Origin: Chitinophagaceae bacterium
GTDB lineage: Bacteria; Bacteroidota; Bacteroidia; Chitinophagales; Chitinophagaceae
NCBI GenBank assembly: GCA_031416815.1
Contig: JANOUJ010000421.1
Coordinates: forward strand, 1 to 32,887
DNA: 32,887 nucleotides
Reading direction: 5' to 3'
Shown: piece by piece, positions 27,982 through 32,887 of the stretch
Position numbering within the stretch: the first letter of the stretch is position 1
How the letters are laid out: each line of letters opens with the position of its first letter
Notes under the pieces: generated by a model
Seen by the model: only the letters and a program-made list of their open reading frames with translations
Database searches by the model: none
Told to the model about the DNA's origin: nothing
Program-made: the position numbers and the translations under genes

Positions 27982-28217
27982 GGCCTCACCCCCTAAAGCT
28001 ATCGCTCGTTCCTTTGCAAGGAACTCCCGGGGAGAGGGAACTCGAAGATTGAAGTGAAGATCACGCGTTGCTTAAAAAAACAAATACCGATTGCGTAATT
28101 GATGATAAAGAACTAATGAAGATGTGGAAGACAAAATGTTTAGCCATGTATAATGCACCGCTCATGCTGAGCGGAGTCGAAGCATCTACGGGAGAGGAAG
28201 GTAGAAGGAGAGGCCGC
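27982..28217 (+). mobile_element. REP-flanked non-autonomous element, copy 2 (with nested foreign hairpins)
   Basis: Ends GGCCTC / GAGGCC. Core boxes GAAGATTGAAGTGAAGAT (28044-28061) and GATGTGGAAGACAAAATGTTT (28121-28141). Begins immediately after the mtgA stop. Confidence 0.8.
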
Positions 28218-28746
28218 TTATTGCTTTTTGTAATCGTTCTTCATAACTTCCGCTGATATCCACCCAGGGAACATGTTGGTTCACCATAATATCTTTGTAA
28301 TAGTGATATAATTTTTGCCGGTTTACCAGGTCGGGATATTCTCTCAAATCGTCTTTTATCCAGGGCAGATCAATATTGCAGAGTAAATACAAGTCGTATT
28401 TCCTTTCAACAATGCGGTTCAGTATCCAGTGATGACATTTATCAAAAACAAATTCGCTCCATACTTTCATTACGTACATGTCGGTGTCAATAAAAACAGG
28501 TTTGTAGTTTGTGGTTGGTGGTTTGTGGTTGGCAGCCTCCCAATTCCTAATTCTTAATTCCTCATTCTCTACTTGCCCTTTGGCAATATCGAGTAAATTC
28601 TCAAAACTATAATCGGTTCCATTCTTTAATAGATATTCCCTTGCATATTCTTTTATCCAAATAGTGTTGTAATGTGTTGCAAGCTGCTCACAGAGGGTGC
28701 TTTTGCCTGTTGATTCGGGACCGATGATGACAACTTTTTTAACCAT
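28186..28746 (-). CDS. NadR-like P-loop ATPase/ribosylnicotinamide kinase domain (AAA_28)
   Basis: GPESTGKST, EYAREY, FIDTD, YDLYLL, PW--D-LRE, GSYEERL; in an operon with pnuC. Confidence 0.85.
   Translation of the reverse strand: MVKKVVIIGPESTGKSTLCEQLATHYNTIWIKEYAREYLLKNGTDYSFENLLDIAKGQVENEELRIRNWEAANHKPPTTNYKPVFIDTDMYVMKVWSEFVFDKCHHWILNRIVERKYDLYLLCNIDLPWIKDDLREYPDLVNRQKLYHYYKDIMVNQHVPWVDISGSYEERLQKAISGLSFYLPLP
28500..28569. repeat. Two blocks of heptamer tandem repeats inside the NadR-like CDS
   Basis: GTTTGTA GTTTGTG GTTGGTG GTTTGTG GTTGGCA (28500-28534) and AATTCCT AATTCTT AATTCCT CATTCTC (28542-28569). Confidence 0.8.
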
Positions 28747-28918
28747 TTTTCTTTTTATAACGGGTTAGATCAATAATAAAACTAGCCACAAAGAGCGCAA
28801 GCATACCAAAGCGCAGCCATTTCCGGAATGTATCTTCTACAGGCATTGCAAAGATTAAAATGGTAAAAAGCAGGATCAATGCCGCTTTAATGTACAACCA
28901 TGGTTTTTTATTTCTCAT
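28739..28918 (-). CDS. Small two-TM hypothetical protein, 59 aa (not in ORF track)
   Basis: Manual translation MRNKKPWLYIKAALILLFTILIFAMPVEDTFRKWLRFGMLALFVASFIIDLTRYKKKNG*. Fills the gap and overlaps both neighbours (11 and 8 nt). Confidence 0.75.
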   Translation of the reverse strand: MRNKKPWLYIKAALILLFTILIFAMPVEDTFRKWLRFGMLALFVASFIIDLTRYKKKNG

Positions 28919-29456
28919 TCCACATGGGTTTTGCTTTTAATACTTTTTTATGAATGGGGCAATCTTTATCATGAGCGCCGGGTACATAACCTGTGCTCAT
29001 AATAAATTCGTTCACAATTTCGCCCCCCGTAAACTTAAATGTTTTTTTAAAAAGGTTTGTCCACGCTTCCCCGTTTTTTGGGTGGTGATGTGCCAGCCAG
29101 TTTTTAAAAGAGCCAAATTCTTTCTGCAAGCCAAGAATGGTTTTTGCGTTTTCGATGGCTGCATTTATTTTTAACCGGTTGCGTATGATGCCGGCATCAT
29201 TCATCAACCTTTCAAAATCCTTTTCTTTATAACCAGCCACTTTTTTAATATTAAAATTGTGGTAGGCTTTTCTAAATCCATCCTGTTTATTGAGGATCGT
29301 GGTCCAGCTAAGACCGGCCTGGTTTATTTCTAATATCAAACGACAAAAGAGTTCGTTATCATCATCAATTGGAAACCCATACCGGGTATCGTGATAAATT
29401 TTGTGAACCGTTTGTTCGCCTGGTTTTAAAGTGCTGATGAATGTACAGTAGCTCAT
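28908..29456 (-). CDS. tag: DNA-3-methyladenine glycosylase I
   Basis: YHD..YG, LEINQAGLSW, NDAGIIRNRLKINAAIENA, FKFTGGEI, HDKDC zinc ligands. Confidence 0.9.
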   Translation of the reverse strand: MSYCTFISTLKPGEQTVHKIYHDTRYGFPIDDDNELFCRLILEINQAGLSWTTILNKQDGFRKAYHNFNIKKVAGYKEKDFERLMNDAGIIRNRLKINAAIENAKTILGLQKEFGSFKNWLAHHHPKNGEAWTNLFKKTFKFTGGEIVNEFIMSTGYVPGAHDKDCPIHKKVLKAKPMWNEK

Positions 29457-30082
29457 GCATTTTTAGTTTTCGCTTTTTTCATCCATTCGAGTAAACCAAA
29501 TATGGCCATCCCGAACAGCACAATATAATATACGCTGGTGAACACATAATGTTTTGCAAAGTACAATGGAACAGATGCAATATTGGTTGCGATCCACCAG
29601 TACCAGCTTTCTACTTTTTTCTTCGTCATCAGCCACATGCCGGTAAAAGCCGTTGCCGATGCAAAGGCGTCTGCCCAAGGAATAACGCCTTCAAAAAAAG
29701 CCGCTTTAAAATAAGTAAGCGCCATAAAAATGCCGATGTAAAAAACCAGGAAGAAAAGTATCTGCTGTATCCAGCCTTTTTTATCAGAGTAAGTAATGCG
29801 TAATACAATTTTCTTTCGCTGGTCTTTTCTCGTCCACATATACCAACCGGAAATACTCATTACCGTATAATAAAAATTTACGGTGGCTTCTCCCAGCAGC
29901 TGCCCTTCAAAACTTATGTAGATGTAGATGATGGTATTGATCAAACCCACGGGATAAACAAGGATGTTCTCTGCACGGGAATACCAAACACTGGCTATGC
30001 CGGCAAATACAGCAACATACTCATACCAGGTAGTGTGACGCATACCTTCAATAAACTGCTGGTATATTTCTGCTAAACTCAC
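29453..30082 (-). CDS. pnuC: Nicotinamide riboside transporter
   Basis: Polytopic; YPVGL, GWYMW, PWADAF, KKVESWYWW. GTG start overlapping the upstream stop. Confidence 0.88.
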   Translation of the reverse strand: MSLAEIYQQFIEGMRHTTWYEYVAVFAGIASVWYSRAENILVYPVGLINTIIYIYISFEGQLLGEATVNFYYTVMSISGWYMWTRKDQRKKIVLRITYSDKKGWIQQILFFLVFYIGIFMALTYFKAAFFEGVIPWADAFASATAFTGMWLMTKKKVESWYWWIATNIASVPLYFAKHYVFTSVYYIVLFGMAIFGLLEWMKKAKTKNA

Positions 30083-30693
30083 ATGGTTGGTTTTGTATTC
30101 CTGTACAATCTGAATGGCCGAAGATAATGGATTCCTTTGTTGGTTTTAAAACGGGTGCCGATCTGTGTCCACTGTCCTTTTTTATCAGGCCGCCAAACTA
30201 TAAAATGTAAATGCGGAAAATAAGTGTAGCCCGAGTTACCGCTCAGGGCAATTACCTGTCCCTGGGTAACCGTATCGCCAATACTTACCAACACGCCGTT
30301 ATTTTGTAAATGCCAATAACCTGTTCTGCTGCTGTCTTCATGCTGAATAACAACGAAATTTCCATCAGTGCGGTATTTCACCTTGCTCCCGCCTCTTCTT
30401 CCATCTTCTTTTAACCTGATAACTACACCTGCTCTTACAGCACAAATTTTTGTTCCCTTCTTCATTTTAAAGTCAAGTGCTGCCCTGTGCTTATGGGTGT
30501 AATGGCTGAAGTAACCCTGTACCAGTAAATGCGCCTCTTTCTCTTCGTAAGGAAGATGATATACAAAACTGCTGTCGTCTTTAATTTTTCCTTTTTGCAG
30601 TAATTTAAGGTCTTTACGCACCGGGTTTTTGCTGACGGTACAGCCAATTAATGTACACAAACAAACTGCTGCTATTAATTTATTTATGTACAC
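30079..30693 (-). CDS. M23 family metallopeptidase, probable lipoprotein
   Basis: ALDF, GNFVVIQH, YWHL, GNSG...PHLHF. Start placed at GTG 30693, which gives a signal ending LIGC; the longer start at 30810 is possible. Confidence 0.82.
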   Translation of the reverse strand: MYINKLIAAVCLCTLIGCTVSKNPVRKDLKLLQKGKIKDDSSFVYHLPYEEKEAHLLVQGYFSHYTHKHRAALDFKMKKGTKICAVRAGVVIRLKEDGRRGGSKVKYRTDGNFVVIQHEDSSRTGYWHLQNNGVLVSIGDTVTQGQVIALSGNSGYTYFPHLHFIVWRPDKKGQWTQIGTRFKTNKGIHYLRPFRLYRNTKPTM

Positions 30694-30806
30694 TTTTATA
30701 AAATTTTGATGCCTCCAGATAAAAATCCCTTTCTTAATTAAAAACCTTGTAGCAATATCATTGCCATTTTTATCCTGCATTTTATTAAGAGCGCTAAATG
30801 TTCTTC

Positions 30807-31838
30807 TCAATTATTTTTTTGCCAGGCTCTTATAAAAGCGCCCGTTTTGTAATCAATCTTCAGTTGGGTAGTTTCGGTATTTCCTGCCGATGCAGCAAGA
30901 ACGCCCAGTAAACCGAAAGCCACTCCCATGGATATTGATTGCGCAGTTGTTGCAGGCGTCCATATCTTCCCTTTAAAATAAAAATCATTGCCTTTCTTTT
31001 TAACCGGGTACACTTCGTGAATTGAAGTTGAAAGAAATATTTTATTTTCAAACACATAAGCATACCAGTCTTTCAAAGCTACTTCCTCGTATTTACCGGT
31101 TTTATTTTTAAGCTGGACAGATTTCCAATGGCCGGATTTATAAAATTCAATTTTGAGTGTTGTATCTGACGGTGTTTGATCTGCTAGTTCTTTATAAGTA
31201 GCATACGCACCTGTCTTATAATTTTTGGCAGCATATAGTGGTATCGTTGCTTTTTGTATACTGTCGTAATTGACTAAAGAAGTCACATCATCTAAATTAA
31301 AATCGTGAGGTAAAATATTCAATGCAGAATCAAACAAGTCAATTAAAAACGAACTACCTTTTTTAATCAACTGCCGGGTTACATCCAAGCCTTGTACGAA
31401 TTTCAATGTATCGATCTCTAAAAGTTTCGAATACTTATTGTCTTTCTTTGCAAAGAATACTCCCCTTATTTGTAAAATTCCATTCTCTTTGCTTGCATAA
31501 GTTGCTTCAGAAAAATTAAGTTGTTGTAGCAGTAAGATCAATTCGGTATTTGAGTTATTGACCGTTGTAAGTTGTTGGAACATTGTTTTTAGCTGGTCAC
31601 TTAATGGAGGCTCACATACAAGAGTCGTCTTTTTATTCAGCATCCCTTTTTGAATAATTCCAATTGATGCAGTATCGTCTCTTACGTCAATTAAATTAAA
31701 CCCGTTAAAGTAATTACTTGGTTTAGTAGTTACACTGGTGTCAAATTTAAAAGTCTCCGTATTTTTTTGTGCAAGGCTGGTTGTACCACCTGCAAACAGA
31801 AAAAACAAACTGGTACAAAATACCGGAATAATTTTCAT
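30807..31838 (-). CDS. Hypothetical exported protein
   Basis: 343 aa ORF with signal peptide (SLAQ) and C-terminal Gly-rich hydrophobic motif GVAFGLLGVLAA, then IDYKTG. Confidence 0.72.
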   Translation of the reverse strand: MKIIPVFCTSLFFLFAGGTTSLAQKNTETFKFDTSVTTKPSNYFNGFNLIDVRDDTASIGIIQKGMLNKKTTLVCEPPLSDQLKTMFQQLTTVNNSNTELILLLQQLNFSEATYASKENGILQIRGVFFAKKDNKYSKLLEIDTLKFVQGLDVTRQLIKKGSSFLIDLFDSALNILPHDFNLDDVTSLVNYDSIQKATIPLYAAKNYKTGAYATYKELADQTPSDTTLKIEFYKSGHWKSVQLKNKTGKYEEVALKDWYAYVFENKIFLSTSIHEVYPVKKKGNDFYFKGKIWTPATTAQSISMGVAFGLLGVLAASAGNTETTQLKIDYKTGAFIRAWQKNN

Positions 31839-31864
31839 AAAAGGAAGTTGAACTTATTGATCAC

Positions 31865-31894
31865 AAAAAAAGCATCTTTTCCTGAAAGATGCTT
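31865..31894 (-). terminator. Rho-independent terminator downstream of the NfuA-like gene
   Basis: AAGCATCTTT (31870-31879) / AAAGATGCTT (31885-31894) plus a U-tract on the minus strand. Confidence 0.75.
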
Positions 31895-31934
31895 AAAGAA
31901 TTTTAATTAAAAGATTTTTAAAAGGCGTAATTTT

Positions 31935-32534
31935 TTATTCCGCTTCTGCCACCACTTCCTTCACTTCAGGTATCATACGCTTCATCATGCCTTCAATACC
32001 AGCTTTTAAAGTGATCATGCTGCTTGGGCAACCACTACAACTTCCCTGCATCATTAAATTCACTTTACCATCTTCATAACTTTTGAATTGGATGGCACCG
32101 CCATCCATTTCAACAGCAGGTTTTACATAATTTTCCAGCAATTCTTTAATGCGTTTTACCACATCGTCATCATCAGCGCTCACGGTATTGCTGCTTTCGC
32201 TTTTCATGGCTGCAACTTCCTCATCATTCACAACAACTTTTCCATCTTCCAGGTATTCTTTTAAAAATTGTTTAATGGAAGGGATCACATCCTGCCAGTC
32301 TTCGGTATCGGCTGTTTTGGTAAGTGTAATAAAATTGCTGGCAATAAAAACAGCTTTTACAAAAGGGAAAGTAAATAATTCCTGCGCCAATGGCGACGGC
32401 TTTGCGCTGGCTTCATCAGAAAAATCAATACTCTTGCCGGGATATAAAAGTTTGTTTGCCACAAACTTCATTGTTTCCGGGTTGGGTGTCATCTCGGTAT
32501 ATATGCTGATAACCGGGTTTCCTGTCTTGATCAT
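31935..32534 (-). CDS. NifU/NfuA family Fe-S cluster carrier
   Basis: Nfu_N domain (TPNPETMKF, SPLAQELF) and NifU-C domain (VKPAVEMDGG, GSCSGCPSS). TAGTTTTG -7 box at 32560-32567 on the minus strand. Confidence 0.9.
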   Translation of the reverse strand: MIKTGNPVISIYTEMTPNPETMKFVANKLLYPGKSIDFSDEASAKPSPLAQELFTFPFVKAVFIASNFITLTKTADTEDWQDVIPSIKQFLKEYLEDGKVVVNDEEVAAMKSESSNTVSADDDDVVKRIKELLENYVKPAVEMDGGAIQFKSYEDGKVNLMMQGSCSGCPSSMITLKAGIEGMMKRMIPEVKEVVAEAE

Positions 32535-32632
32535 AAAACTGTATTTAAAAATTCAGATACAAAACTAACAAGATTTATGATGTTTTGGTTTGAAAAAGGT
32601 GTTAAAAGGGAGATTTTTCGGATTTCGCAAAA

Positions 32633-32812
32633 GCCTCATCCTCCTTCTCCTTCTCCCGAAGAGAAGGAGCGGCACATTTGTACATAGCCAAACATTTTAT
32701 CTTCCACATCTTCATTAAAACATTATTAAGCAATTATGCAAAAAAAGTAAAAATAATCTTCGCTTTCATCTTCTCCAGATCCCTCCCCTTGGGGGAGGAT
32801 AGGAGGGGCCGC
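32633..32812 (-). mobile_element. REP-flanked non-autonomous element, copy 3 (inverted)
   Basis: Minus strand reads GCGGCCCCTCCTATCCTCCCCCAAGGGGAG...GAAGATGAAAGCGAAGAT (32756-32773)...GATGTGGAAGATAAAATGTTT (32690-32710)...CTCCTTCTC-TTCGG-GAGAAGGAG...GATGAGGC. Confidence 0.8.
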
Positions 32813-32887
32813 TTATTCAACAATCCTCAGCTTAGCATAATTCAGCATGATCTTCTTCTCGCCATTCAAATCAAAATTCACCGTTGC
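32813..32887 (-). CDS. C-terminal end of UvrD/PcrA-family DNA helicase (partial)
   Basis: Manual translation ATVNFDLNGEKKIMLNYAKLRIVE*, matching the GxKxxxxxYAxL end of the PcrA/UvrD Tudor-like domain. Confidence 0.75.
   Translation of the reverse strand, partial: ATVNFDLNGEKKIMLNYAKLRIVE

Noticed and set aside
18859-29456. Two 3-methyladenine glycosylases as a dedicated repair or defence island
   Set aside because: They are 10 kb apart in unrelated operons, and both families commonly co-occur.
538-32568. Numerous 60-146 aa ORFs antisense to or overlapping recognised genes
   Set aside because: Shadow ORFs of well-conserved genes with no motifs of their own.
23041-32812. CRISPR array or integron attC interpretation of the repeats
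   Set aside because: Copies are ~5 kb apart, in both orientations, among core genes. There are no spacers, cas genes, integrase or RYYYAAC/GTTRRRY ends.

Overview
Mostly core-genome window of a Bacteroidota chromosome, probably Chitinophagaceae-like. This is inferred from gene content, TAnnTTTG promoter boxes and no evident Shine-Dalgarno use. It carries about 30 genes: a DabA/DabB inorganic-carbon transporter pair, lptB-GH3-fabG, metF, SurA-like PPIase, thioredoxin-like protein, rlmD, two rhomboids plus an EEP hydrolase, cysS, AlkA-like and Tag glycosylases, fRMsr GAF, CYTH, S46 peptidase, a second GH3, mtgA, a pnuC/NadR-like cluster, NfuA and the 3' end of a UvrD/PcrA helicase. I saw no rRNA, tRNA, CRISPR or transposase. 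The most striking signal is non-genic. A ~180-240 bp element occurs three times within 10 kb (23041-23245, 27982-28217, 32633-32812 inverted). It has GC-rich terminal hairpins and inverted ends around a conserved purine-rich core. It sits among several other REP-like palindrome families, which nest inside each other, insert in frame into rlmD and donate C-termini to proteins. Also noted: an uncalled 59-aa membrane ORF, a probable pseudo-rhomboid and several apparently leaderless genes.
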